Assembly (NCBI GenBank): GCA_030704615.1
Contig: CM060731.1
Location: 54,684,001-54,748,000 of the forward strand
Length of the DNA: 64,000 nucleotides
Source of the DNA: Takakia lepidozioides
Taxonomy: Eukaryota; Plantae; Bryophyta
Reading direction: 5' to 3'
Positions within the stretch are counted from its first letter, which is position 1, and each line of letters starts with the position of its first letter. The translations under genes and the position numbers were made by a program. Below are positions 36,826 through 48,999 of the stretch, in pieces. The notes below the pieces were generated by a model, which worked only from the letters and a program-made list of their open reading frames with translations, ran no database searches and was not told where the DNA came from.

Positions 36826-39800
36826 TACTCTCCTACACCCTTCGAGGAACTTGCCCTACCTTCTTCCTCATCCCCCTCATCCCCCTCATCCTCCGAGCTC
36901 TATGATGCATCAGTTCCACTATGCCTCTCAAAAATCCCGTCCTCTCCTTGGGGGACTGTCCACCTCACCTCCTGGGAATCTTCTGCCTCTTCTCCCCCAC
37001 TTTCCTCAGCAGAATCCAACACAAATCTACGAGCTCGACGGGCTCTAATAGCTGCTGCCTCCTCCCTCATCTTCATTTTCTTGAGGCTTGCCTCGTCTAA
37101 AATCTGTTGTACACGACTAGGTTCGGAACACCTCCTAATGGACACCGAAGCAAGCCGGGCAGCATAAGTAGGAAGGATGTACTCCCTTTCTGGACTAGGC
37201 ATGAAATCCCCCCTGGCAAAAAAAAGGCACGTTCCTCCTGCCCATGAACTCCGGTGTAGACGTCCCTCCGGCAGTACTTGGCATCCTACAGTAAGAACAA
37301 ATCCACTTCAAGAATGTCAATACCAGCACAACCAGAAAAGGGTTTTCAATGAAATAAGAGAGCGGAGGGAGGTGCCTCACGAAATCTGGAGGCAACTTAC
37401 AATGCCACCACTCACTCGTAAACCGGGGGCTCCTCGGCCTCGATCCCAACTTCCTCCCCCTGCTCCTTCTCGGATTTTTCCTCATCCTCCGAGGATGCCT
37501 CTTCCTCTTTCGGCAGACGTTCAGCCGCTGCAAGTTCCGAGTTGTGGAGGGCAGTATCTGGCTCGAAGGCGAACACATGCCTGTCGGACAACGTCCCTGC
37601 CCACATTGAAGCACCTGAGGAACAAAGCGGACGGTTAATAGCTTGCGGCATGCAATTGCAATCGGGCCAGGGGACAAACTGAGCACGTGAAGGCTTACCC
37701 GTGCCGCATGTGAAGTCCAGAATCCGCCCTTGGACATCCGAGCACGTCTCCATGAGGGTTTGGATGAAAGCAGGGCTCCGGGTCCGGCTGTACCGCCACG
37801 GTTTGCCTGTCTTTGTGTCCTTCGGCATACTGGAGTGGGGCACATAGTTGTAGAGGACATCGTAGGTTACAGGGTCCACAGCGGCATCAACAAGACGACC
37901 GTCGTTGCGGAATTTGAACGTAGACCCTCTCTTCACAAAGCAATATGCCTCAAACACCAATGTCTGCACATCCAACAAGGAAGGGATCAACTCCAGGGTC
38001 TACTTAACATACACCACAATATGAAGTGAATGCAATAGATTGATAACTTACACTTTGGCCCTCTGTTCGCAACCCCTGTGTACTGATGCAGAACCATTTT
38101 CTGAGGAGGACCGGGGTGACACTTTTCGGTATCCACCTTGTCACCGCATTCTCTGTGGTCTTCCCTCTCGTGGCAAGGACAACCACACATCCACCGTCAT
38201 CCAGAAACATCCCCGCCAGCCCAAACCTGGCTTTCCAGTAGTCCTCAGTAAACCTGTTCCAGGTGGGCACACCATCCAGGCCCTCCAGCAGCTCCCCATC
38301 TGGAATGTCGAGGAGAATCATGTCGCAAGCTCTCTCCACCTCAACCCCCCCCCCCCGAGTGCTCTTGCAATTCGTACTCACAACCGTGAAGAATTCCATC
38401 ATGGCTTCAAAACCAGGGGTGTCTTTAGGCTCTGTACCGCCAGCCCTCTTCTTGGCTTTCCCCTTCTGCTCCGCCAGAGACTTGCTGTGTGCCACCTTCT
38501 TCGCCCTGGCAACGAGAGCGTCAAGGAAGCTCTCATTGACGCATTGGATGATGGTTGGAGGTTCTAGCTTTGGCCTGTGCGTAAACGTCACCGCCGAATA
38601 CCGCCGTGTAGGCTCGCCCTCAAATGCCAACTTCTTGGCAGAGCCAGTCCCACTCCGAACTGACTTAGGAACCCGGACGACCGGTGACTGGGTAGGAGCA
38701 ACAGCAGTCGCAGGACCTTGAACAAAGTCGTCGTCCGAGTCACTCTCTTGGGTCCCCTCCTGCGCCTCCTCCGATGCCCCGATGGTTTTCTTCTTTTTTG
38801 GGTGTTACTGCACTCACCTGTTTCCTTGTCCTTTTCCGTTGGCCTTTACTCTTCTCATGCAATTTCTCCTGAATTCCTGCCGCTTTCCTGGAGTTCGCAA
38901 GCGCTTTTGCCTCTTTTGCACCCAACGGAGGCAGCGGAGCCCGGTTTCGTCGGAATTCAGCATCCAGCTTCAATTGAAACTCGGATGGGTCGAGCGAGCC
39001 GGGCGGAAGGTCCACATACCAAGGGCAATCACGCAAATGTTCCAGATGCCACTCCTTCACAATATCGTCAGTGTACATGGAGTCAGCCCCAGGGTTCCTC
39101 CAGTCGCCCCAGGGTTCCCTCATTCAGGAAGAATGGTGGCTCGAAGACAGATGACCTTCTCCAAAAGGGAGAACTTGCATTACGGCATTCACGGAAAAAC
39201 ACAATGAGTTGGTCCCTGCTGCATATTCGGCACCATTTTCCCACAGGTGGGGCGGATGTGAGTGGGCCTAGAAATGGCAAAATGGCGTCGAATTTTCGGT
39301 TTTCGGTGACTGCCACCCTAGGGACTTAGCCATATTGGGAGCCATGAACTGGAAATTCGGCGCCATTTTTCCCTGTTTGGCCGAAGGATGGCTAAGTCCC
39401 ATAACCGCCATAGGGCCCCTAGAACTGGGAAAATGGCGCCGAATTTCCAGTTCGGGCCCAGCCAGTCTAGGGACTTAGCCCGAAAATAGCCTAAGTCCAT
39501 GGACGGCAATAGGGCCTAGAACTGGAAAAATGGCGCCGGGCCAGCCACCCTAGGACTTAGCCCAAAATGGCTTAAGTCCCTGAAGGCAATAGGGCCTGGA
39601 ATGGAAAATGGCGACGAATTTCCAGTCAGGGCCAGGCAGTAAGGGACTTAGCCGAAATGGCTAAGTCCTGAACGCAATAGGGCCCTGGAAATGGAAAATG
39701 TCGCCGAATTTCCAGTTCCGGCCAGTCCAGTTTCTGGGACTTAGCCCGAAAAATGGCCAAGTCCTGAACGGCAATAGGGCCTAGAACTGGAAAATGGCGC

Positions 39801-42510
39801 CGAATTTCCATTCAGGGCCAGCCAGTCTAGGACTTAGCCATTTTCGGACTTATGAAATTCGGCGCCATTTTCCCTAACAACCACATGAGGCTCTAAATCC
39901 TGAAAGCAAGGACTTGAAAGAAAGACAGCACGTATGTACCTGTACAGAAGGCGCATTGCTGCTTTTGTCCGCGTCTTGCTGGTCGGTGAACTAGGGCTCC
40001 GGCGAGCATTGCTATCTCCCGAAAGAATAGGTTTGGTTTTGTAGAGCAGAAAGTACCTCGGTCACATAGTCACGTAGGCCTCTGCTACAGGAGATATCTC
40101 CATCTGAAACTGATGTTGCTGTGTGTCCAGCTTGTTCGTGCGCATTCGTCGTCAATGTGGAGATTTTCTCCATCAGATCGCTTTCCTGAAAAAATACATG
40201 AATCCACCGCCTACTAGAGTAGAAGCCCAAACGAAGCAAGGGGGAAGTACCTAAAACCACCATTGTCATGAGGGTCATCACATGCGAATGTGGGGCAGAG
40301 AGTTGTCCGGTTTGGGGAAGCTCCACATGTCCCTGGTACTTGGGAACCATTCCAGATTTGGAGCCCACCGGGTCTGTCCAACCACCCAGCATATTCGTAA
40401 GCGCCAAACACCAAAAAAGGAGTTCTTGCCACCACAATTGGTTAAGAATGTATCACCTTTTGTTGCATCTACACAGGATGTGGCTAGATGATGATGAGCT
40501 TCTCCAATGTCATCGTGGCTTCAGAGCGCGAGAGTAGTGCTTCCCCACCTCCACAGAAAGTCGGCACCAGGGCGGATAGCTATGGCCACGTACTTTACCA
40601 TCCGCGACTTGTACTTTATGCGGGCCCTCACCTCCGCAGCTTTGACATACGATTCGAGTGCCGGGAGGGTGGATTCTTCTCCTCTGACTCCATGTAGAAC
40701 CTCCGCGCATGTGCCAAATCTTGCTTTATTTTCGTCTGTCAACGAATGCGCACATAAGATTAGAGATTCCTGCTCAACACAATTACTTTATTGGGGGGAG
40801 GAGAGACAATTAGCTCAACAAAACTGTCAGAGCTTTACCCGAAAATAGTTCCACCATGGCGTTGGACGCTCAGCCCTATACCAGGTTCTGTCTGCCTTGC
40901 CTCCGACTTGCGCAGGAGGCGACACTGAGGGAATTGGAAAAATCTTGCACCCCCTGCTTCCGACATCCTTCACTCGGAAGAGCATATGGGACAAGTTGGT
41001 GGCAATGAAGGCATTCTCAGTCACCCTGCAGTGCCACATTTCCATCAAACAATACTGAAATGGGAATTTTCATCATATATGAGGATCGCAATGAAAGACT
41101 TCAAATTCAAAGTCCAAAAGCGAGAGGCGTTGTAACTTACGAGTTGATGTCCGCCATTGCAGCTTTGAGAAAGAGCGATCTTTGGGCCCAGCAACCTTCA
41201 GCACAACACAATCCACGGCGAAATGCCAATCGAGGTCATTGGGGTGGCTTGGGCAATGTGCTCCATCCATGCCAGGAGGCGATGATTGTCGTCCCACACG
41301 TAGAACATCTTACCGGACAAGTGCTGGAAAAGAGGATCACTAGCAATCGATCTCTTGAACTCCTCATTTCGCGTTTGCCAATGGGGACCCCATTTGTCCA
41401 CCTCATCGGAAGTGTGGGCACGGGAAGCTCCGTGTCGTTTCTCAATGGAAACGTAAAACGCGGCAGACCCCATTCGATATCCATCCCGGAAAGAGAATTT
41501 CAGCTTGTCGATATCGCCTGGGAGGGCAAGTCTCACCACCTGCAATGACACCAAGCGGCAAAGGGGAATTCGAAGCTTGGCCGGGTACACCATGCCCCCC
41601 AGCACCCTGCCAATGTTGTTGGGGTTGCCTCCAACATCTTGGCAGCGGCCAACTTCATATCCGCCTCAGACATGACGTCTGCTGTAGAGGGGTTTTCCGG
41701 CAGCCCACCAGGACCGCCAAATCCAGCTGGATGCTCCGGGTTTGGGGCCTGGGATGTCGGGAGGATGTCATCTGGTCAGAAGCTCCCTGTTGTCCTCCTC
41801 AACAGGGTCAGCCACCTGCGAAACCACCTCCAGCACTCTCCCCGTCTCTACTGCCCTCTCCCTGGCTTCACCTCGAACTTGCACAATCCGTGCTCTTTCT
41901 GGTGTTCTTTCTCTCTCCTCCACTCTCCACCGTATGGGTAATTGCAGGGGCTGTTCTTGCCCGCGATGGTCTAACCGGTGTGTTACTGCTCTTTGTGGTG
42001 TCTTGGAGGGCCACCGTCTCTGTGCGTCCCGCTTACATTCGCATCTGTCATTTGGGCACCCCTGGCCTCTTCAGTGGCCTTTTCTCTTTCCTCCTGGCTA
42101 GCATTCTGTCTCGTCTGTTCTTTTGCCTTCTCTTTTGCCCTCTCACGGGCTTTCTGTTTCTTACTAGGGCTAGCAGCAGGGGAGCCCTCCAGACGACCAC
42201 TTTGATTGAGGCGAACTGACACCCTCGCGCGCACTGCTCACTCCCCCTCCGCAGCCTGTGACGGCTCTCTCGCCGGGGATTGCATGTGCTTAGCTTTTTT
42301 CTTTTCTTTGCGTGGGGGCCCTACTGCATGTGCATCAACAACCTCCATTGCCGGATCTGCTGTCCTCATGTCCTCACGCCCTTCACCTGCCATGCCGCCT
42401 GCACCAACCTCCCCAATGCCTATTCTGTCGTACTCTCATTGCAAGTCCTCCCGTCCACCACCAAAAGGTTTAAGTTTGCCCTCTCGCCCCAAGTTGGGCG
42501 ACTCAAACAT
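36826..42510 (-). pseudogene. ParB/Srx-like domain plus beta-class DNA methyltransferase-fold fusion gene, paralogue 2 (spliced; stops and frameshifts)
   Basis: ParB-like: KLRIPLCRLVSLQVVR...FYVWDDNHRLLAW (41580-41270). MTase-like: DMILLDIPDG (~38320), FLDDGGCVVVL, PWRYSRTRSPAFIQTLMETCSDVQGRILDFTCGTG|ASMWAGTLSDRHVFAFEPD (37800-37557). Intron positions match paralogue 1. The start codon and the assignment of the 3' exon are inferred. Confidence 0.8.
39275..39875. repeat. Intronic tandem array of paralogue 2 (~100-bp units) with GAAAATGGCGCCGAATTTCC and GGACTTAGCC-Nn-GGCTAAGTCC palindromes
   Basis: About 6 units seen directly, between a donor near 39938 (CAG|GTACAT, minus strand) and the next exon near 39190. 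Confidence 0.9.
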
Positions 42511-42873
42511 GCGATGAGTTGGAGCTGTCGATGATACCACCAGCGTGTCGGACTCGTCGTCACTCTGTCATTCCCAAAAATCGTGAGAACCAACATCGGT
42601 GCCAAAACCAGCATCGCAACGAGCAGCGCAACCACCATAGCAACAATCGTGTAACAAAAATGAAAACATAACAAGTTTAGGAAGTATGGAGAGCCATGCA
42701 AAAACAATGAAAACAAATGCAAACCATTGCCTGAGAATGACATGCACAAGCAGCCTTCTCCAGAGCTGCCGGATTTGCACACGCATTGCAAACAATCTAA
42801 GGTTCACTCAACTATCTAAGGTTTAATCATCCAGCGAAGCCAGGATGAAGATGCAAAAACAAAACGAGGCAAC

Positions 42874-42936
42874 AAAGCGAAAGCGAAAGCGAAAGCAAAA
42901 GCGAAAGCAAAAGCGAAATCGAACAAAGCGAAAGCA
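42874..42936 (+). repeat. (AAAGCG/AAAGCA)n hexamer tract
   Basis: Read directly from the sequence. Confidence 0.9.
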
Positions 42937-43329
42937 GAAGTGGCTTGCCTGAGAGTACTCGGCTTCAGTTGGCGCGGGTTGTGAGCAAGACACTGGAATC
43001 TCCTGCTGAGCTTCAGTTTGGCCATGCGAGAGATTGGCGTCGTCCGTAGTACAGAGCTTTCAACTTCTGCCAGCGGTCTGGATGTGAGGTCTCTCTCAGG
43101 AGAGCCACGCCCTTCAGGAGCATAAGTCCCAGCCAAAATGGAAAAAGATCTCCGTTTTTGGGGTACATGCCTCAAATAGCATGTTAAGCCAAGATTAGCA
43201 TCAGATTTAGGGTACGTATCCAGGAAGCCATGTGTCGTCAGCCCGAATGAAAACAGATGGCGGTGGACATTTACTGCCCAACTGCGCAATTAAATGTCAG
43301 ATGAAGCCCTCCATGTCGGATGAAAATCG

Positions 43330-44866
43330 ACGGAACTCGGCCCGGAATTTCCAACGTAGAGGTAATTCGGAGCGCTGCAGGATGGAAATCCGGCGCCGGA
43401 TTTCCATCCTGCAGGTAATTCGGAGCGCAGCAGGATGGAAATTCAGCGCCGAATTTCCATCCTGCAAGGTAGGGCGGCGCGCGAAATTTCCTCACACAGG
43501 TAATTCCGAAGCGGATGGATGGAAATCCGGCGCCGGATTTCCATCCGCGCAGGTAGGGCGGCGCGCCAAATTTCCCTCACGCAGGTAATTCGGAGGCGGA
43601 TGGATGGAAATCCGGCGCCGGATTTCCATCCGCGCAGGTAGGGCGGCGCGCCAAATTTCCCTCACGCAGGTAATTCAGAAGCGGATGGATGGAAATCCGG
43701 CGTCGAATTTCCATCCGCAAGGTTGGTCGGAGAGCGGATGGATGGAGATCCGGCGCCGAATTTCCATCCTGCAGGTAATTCGAATCCCGGATGGATGGAA
43801 ATCCGGTGCCGAATTTCCATCCAGCAGGTATGTCGGATCGTTAGCGTATGGATATTCAGCGCCGAATTTCCATTCGCCAGGTATTTCGAAGCGTTGAATT
43901 ACCTTCCTGCAGGTAATTCTGAACGTGTCCGATTGATTTTTCGGAGAAAAACAAACCTAACTGTTTGTTTTGTGGCTGAAGTGCACTTGTAGACACGTTT
44001 TTCTTGGAATCCTTGACTGCTAGAGGCAAATCGGAACAACCTCGGACGGAAATTCGGCGCCGTTTTTCCATTCTGGGAGGTTTTTATGACTTCCTTTGAG
44101 GGGGCCCCGATGGAAATTCGGCACCGAATTTCCATCCGGGGGATGGTCTCTGTCGGAGAGGTGCCGGCCTCTCCGCCGCTCTGTTGGATATTCGGTGCCG
44201 AATTTCCGTCCGGGGGTTGAAATATGACGGCCAGGTGCCGGCCTCTCCCCCCTCCCCGACTGCATTGGAACGGCCCCGGATGGAAATTCGGCGCCGTTTT
44301 TCCATTTGGGGATGTTTTTATGGCGGCCAGTTTTCGGCCCGACCCCCCGACACGACTTCCTTTGGAGGGGCCCGGATGGAAATTCGGCGCCGAATCTCCA
44401 TCCAGGGGATAATCTCTGTCGAACACGTGCCGGCCTCTACGCCCGAGGTGACTTCATCCGGGCGTCCCCTGTTGGATATTCGGTGCCGAATTTCCGTCCG
44501 GGGGTTGAAATGTGACGGCCAGGTGCCGGCCTCTCCCCCCTCCCCGACTGCATCCGAACCGCCCCGGATGGAAATTCGGCGCCGTTTTTCCATCTGGGGA
44601 TGTTTTTATGGCGGCCAGTTTTCGGCCTGACCCCCCGACACGACTTCATTTGGGGGGGCCCGGATGGAAATTCGGCGCCGAATCTCCATCCAGGGGATGT
44701 TCTCTGTCGCACACGCGCCGGCCTCTGCGCCCGAGACGACTTCATCCGGGCTTCCCCTGTTGTATATTCGGTGCCGAATTTTCGTCTGGGGGTTGTAATG
44801 TGAGGGCCAGATGGCGGCCTTTCCCCCGAGCCGACTGCATCCGAAAGGCCTCGGATGGAAATTCGA
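43330..44866. repeat. Palindrome-rich tandem arrays upstream of paralogue 2: ~53-85-bp units (43330-43870) and 288-bp units (44278, 44566, 44854)
   Basis: About 19 copies of GGAAAT(C/T)CGGCGCCG(G/A)ATTTCC and variants, including a perfect 40-bp palindrome at 43375-43414. Confidence 0.95.
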
Positions 44867-44883
44867 CCCCCCCCCCCCCCCCC

Positions 44884-46200
44884 CAAGTATCCACTGTGGA
44901 TCAGCTCCAAAATGCGGAGGAAAACGAGAGGTTCATGGAAACATTTGGCAGCCGTCGCCGGAATGTGTGCCCTACCAAATCCCATGGCATGAAGCGAAGG
45001 TCGATCCTTTGGAACCTGCCATATTGGAAGGTGGGTATGTCTTCATTGTTTGTTTGTCGGCAGGGCTGATTTCATAGTTGCATGGATACAGTTGTAAGGA
45101 TCATCACACACGACTTAGATTTCAGCCTAATGCAAATTGCATGAAGCAAGTTTGGAGTCGCCTATGTATGGCACATGTAGCAGCAATAAGGTTGTTTCCA
45201 TGAAAATGTCTGGTTTTTGTCTCTCAGGATACTGTCTGCAGCATGCAAGGCTAGTTTCTTCCTTTTCCCATTATTAAGATGTTATCTCTTGGCTTTACCA
45301 TCAAAGTATACCATATTGATGGTGGTTCCATGATTGCAGGATTTGTTGATACGGTATACCCTTGATGTTATGCACTGTGAAAAAAAACATTTCTGAAAAC
45401 ATATTGCGCACCATATTGGGGGAAAAGGACACAGTAAAGAGCAGGAAGGACATGGAGAATGAGGACATACGACCTCACTTATGGTTAAAACCCCACCCCG
45501 GAGATGGCAGGAAGTTGGTGAAGCCGCAGGCTCCTTACGTGTTGAATCAACAGGAAACTACTACCTTCTATGCAACTTTGGGTGCTCTAAAGACACCGAC
45601 AGGGTATGGTGCTTCATTTAAGAAGCATATTGCTAAGAACAAGCTTTCACACATGAAGAGTCATGACTACCATCTACTGATGCAACAAGTTCTACCTTTG
45701 TGCATTCGAGGTTTGTTGGGCAAAGGTCCAAGGCTCGCAATCATGAAACTATCTCGTGTATTTCGCGCATTGTGCATGAAAACAGTGGATCCCGAGGAAC
45801 TACCAGCCCTGAAGGAGGATGTGGTTGTAACGCTTTGTTTGTTGGAGAAAGAGTTTCCCCCCTCATTCTTCGATCTCATGACCCACCTTGTGCTACACCT
45901 TGTGAATGAATTGGAGGTTTGTGGTCCTGTTAGTTCGTGTTGGATGTACCCCATCGAGAGGTACATGAAAAATTTGAAGGGATGTGAAGAGCTATGCCCG
46001 GCCAGAAGGTTGCATGGCCAGGAGGTATTCTCTTGATGAGGCTCTTGGCCTCCTCACAAAGTACATGGCTGCATTTCCAGAACTCGTAGAAGGGTCTGGG
46101 ATTGCAACGAAGAAGAAAGTGTTGCGGGAGAAGTATTAGAGGGCTTTGGAACTCCAAGGAAACTGTCGGGTGTGTGAGGAATCGGAGGACGTACATGGAA
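44884..46200 (+). mobile_element. CACTA/En-Spm TnpD-type transposase, C-terminal part, degenerate
   Basis: HGMKRRSILWNLPYWK|DLLIRYTLDVMHCEKN, KSHDYHLLMQ, FPPSFFDLMTHLVLHLV, WMYPIERYM and ARPEGCMA; intron 45031-45339; frameshifts. Confidence 0.92.
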
Positions 46201-47887
46201 TTTCAATTTTCACGATTGAGGACATTGTGATCTTGGGCATATAGTTGAATGTGTATGAAATGTGTGCATTGAAGTGTGAACAACCCGACTACAAGGCCAG
46301 AACCTGCGCCACTTGTCTTAGGCCATCTCCAAATCACGTTTCGGCGGACAATCCCGTTCCGTTGCCTTGAAATTGCACCGTGGCGGGAAGGGAGTCCATT
46401 TGTGTGGCTCTATCACCATGGCGGGAAGGGGAGCATGTTAAAAAGGAACATCGCCCGGCCACTTCACTCATTTGTTGTTTGCAGCTTCTTCCACCATCTT
46501 TCTTACTTAATTCTGATTCTTGCAATGCTGCCCTTGAGACGGCAATTGCAAGTGACCGGATCCTTTGATCGTCGCTTTCAAAGACACTTACATGTAGCAG
46601 ATCGCAGACCCCCAAATGCCTGGAGAGAAAGCCAGACGGCAATCAATGCATGCACGGTTGTTTTGCACTGGTTGGGACGGAGTGGGGTGCAGAGGAGGCG
46701 TGCTGTGCCCGAGTTCGCATGCCTAGCATCCTGCAGCAGGCGTCTTGTGCACGTTGGGCAGTAGTACCCTCTGCTGTATGATTACCATTTGTGGTACAGA
46801 CTCACCGGCCTCCCCTGTCCACTTGGGTCTTGGGATAGTGACTTATGGAGTTTGTACACAGAGTTGCATGTCGCGCAGGTACACCAAAATCTCCCATGTA
46901 ACTCTCCTTCCATTTGTCATTCATGCTTGCATGTGATCCACGGGGTAATTTCCATGTTCTCCCAGCTGATGTGGGTTCTCAAATTCTCGGTGTGCAGGTG
47001 TGTGTGTGAGGACCTAAACCTGGCATGGTGCGATGGGTGTCGAATGGACCCTTCTCTGCGATGGGAGAACCACTACAGTTGAGTTTGTTTTTGCTGAATC
47101 ATTTGGCAGAACACTGTGTTCACTTCTCACACATCATGCGCATTTTCTCCAAGAATGCATGTAAAGCGGAGCCATACACGGCATCATTGCAGTGTGTTTC
47201 CTTCGCCTAATTTTGAACGAAATAAAGTTAACGGATCCATGTCAGTTGTGTGAATCACTACATCTAGTTGTCTGGAGGATTGTAAGTGGTTATTTTGAAA
47301 CGTCTCAAAGTCGAAAATGCCATAGTGTCGGATGCACGACACGTGTTCATATTTGAAATCAACAACGGCCGGATCTTCACTACAGATGGGGGGGTGTGTG
47401 ATCACACTCCCTCCTTGTCCTTCTTTCCTCCTTTGCATGTCTTGGTCTTCCTCGCTCGTCTTTGTCTTGGTCATGGTCTATGTCCTCGCTCGTCTTCATC
47501 TTTGTCATGGTCTATGTCCACGCCTAGTAAGAAGCGCTCGACCGCCGAGGCAGCATCACCTCCTCCGACGGTGCGAAGGAGCCCCCGCCTGGCTCGACTG
47601 AATCCGGTACAGATGGCGTCGGTGCGAGAGGGAGGGCAGAGCGGTGGGCGGTCTTCGAGTTTGGATTTTTGACACAAGCGAGTATAGCATGGGCGACGAC
47701 GATGAGGTGGAGGACAATTTGGCGGAAATTGCACCTCCATCTGCAGTGTCTCTCCAAAAGGTGCGCAAACGGCACAAACCCGCTGCGCATGAGGTGAGTT
47801 CTACCCCTACTTGTGTTCATGTTTTTTGGGCATTGAGTTCTCCTCAAACTGAAACTGGGATGCACATATCCATAAAGTTGTTCAAAC

Positions 47888-48990
47888 AGATCTCGTAGTA
47901 TAGAGGGCAGTAGAAGAAGAAGTGTTCTTCGGTTTCAATTTCCTTGCTGCGCCCTATGCAAGCTGGACATAGGTGGTCCTCCCGTTGCAGGTTTTCCCAT
48001 CTGCCAGTCTCTATCCGTAGGTTGTGGGAACACACCCTGAACCGCCCCAATGCCCTCAAGAGGGAAGGAGATAAGGGTGCTGAAAGGTAATTTGGTCTCA
48101 AGATTCTATCATCGCGGAGCACCATGAATGTCTCTCGATAGAAGTGGAGCTTTGTTGTGAGATTGGGTAGCATCCAAGTTCTCTTGACATGTAATTCCAT
48201 AAGCTCTCTCCAAATGAGTCTGTTGCGGTCATGTCTGGATGTGATGTCCACCTCATCTGGGTTCATTGGTAATAGGAAAGCAGTAGAAAGTCCGTTACGT
48301 TTCAATAAACTGTCCACTCGAGCATACCAGGAGTTCCCGAAACCTGCAGCTTTGAGCCTCATAGATGTTGTGAGGGCCCTTGCCACTAGCCCTTTGGGTG
48401 GAAGGGCCTGCAATCTATGGAGAAAGATTGTAAGCCTGAACTGTGCCTCGGATTGCAATGGTACACATGCGAACTCTGCACCTAGGATCTGAGATGGAGT
48501 TGTGCTCCTGGCGCCAAGCATTGCTTGGAGAAAAGATGACTGTAATGGTTCCAAATTCTTTTCCCACCAGGAGACAGGGACACCAGGTGCCTAGAACTCA
48601 CAACCATAGATGGTAGCAGGGCTGACGACGGTGTCAAACAGCCACTTTTTGGTCGGGGGATGCCACAGATGTATTTGCTTGCATTTGGCGTGAAGGCGGA
48701 CGGAGGCTGCCTTACCTTTAGTCAATCTGTCCAAGGCAGTGGCTGCAAAGTGAAACTTGGGGGAGTGGATAACTAGACCTAGGTACCGGTATGATTTGAT
48801 AATCTCAATTTCCTGCTGGTTGAAGATGAATCTACGATCAGCCTAGCCATTGAAGACCATGATCTTGGTCTTGCTAAGATTGACTTGCATCCCATAGTCT
48901 TTGTAGAACTGTTCCAAATTTTTGAGATGGTGTTGCAGAAAGACCGGGGATTGTGCCAAAAGGGCAACATCATCAGCGTAGAGGAGATCT
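47888..48990 (-). mobile_element. Internal fragment of an RTE-X-like non-LTR retrotransposon (RT C-terminal half plus CCHC finger)
   Basis: LLYADDVALL, VNLSKTKIMVF, YRYLGL and FRVCSHNLRIETGRW...CPAC...ETEEHFFFYCPLY; bounded by AGATCT at both ends. The clade assignment is tentative. Confidence 0.85.
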
Positions 48991-48999
48991 GATTGGGCA

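Noticed and set aside
31037-42510. Prophage, plasmid or bacterial contaminant carrying ParB-MTase
   Set aside because: Conserved spliceosomal introns, interleaving with plant TEs and flanking plant genes argue against it.
43232-45077. Many overlapping ORFs with MEIRRRIS / WKFGAEFP peptides (similar ones at 144-1094)
   Set aside because: These are translation artefacts of GC-rich palindromic repeats, identical on both strands.
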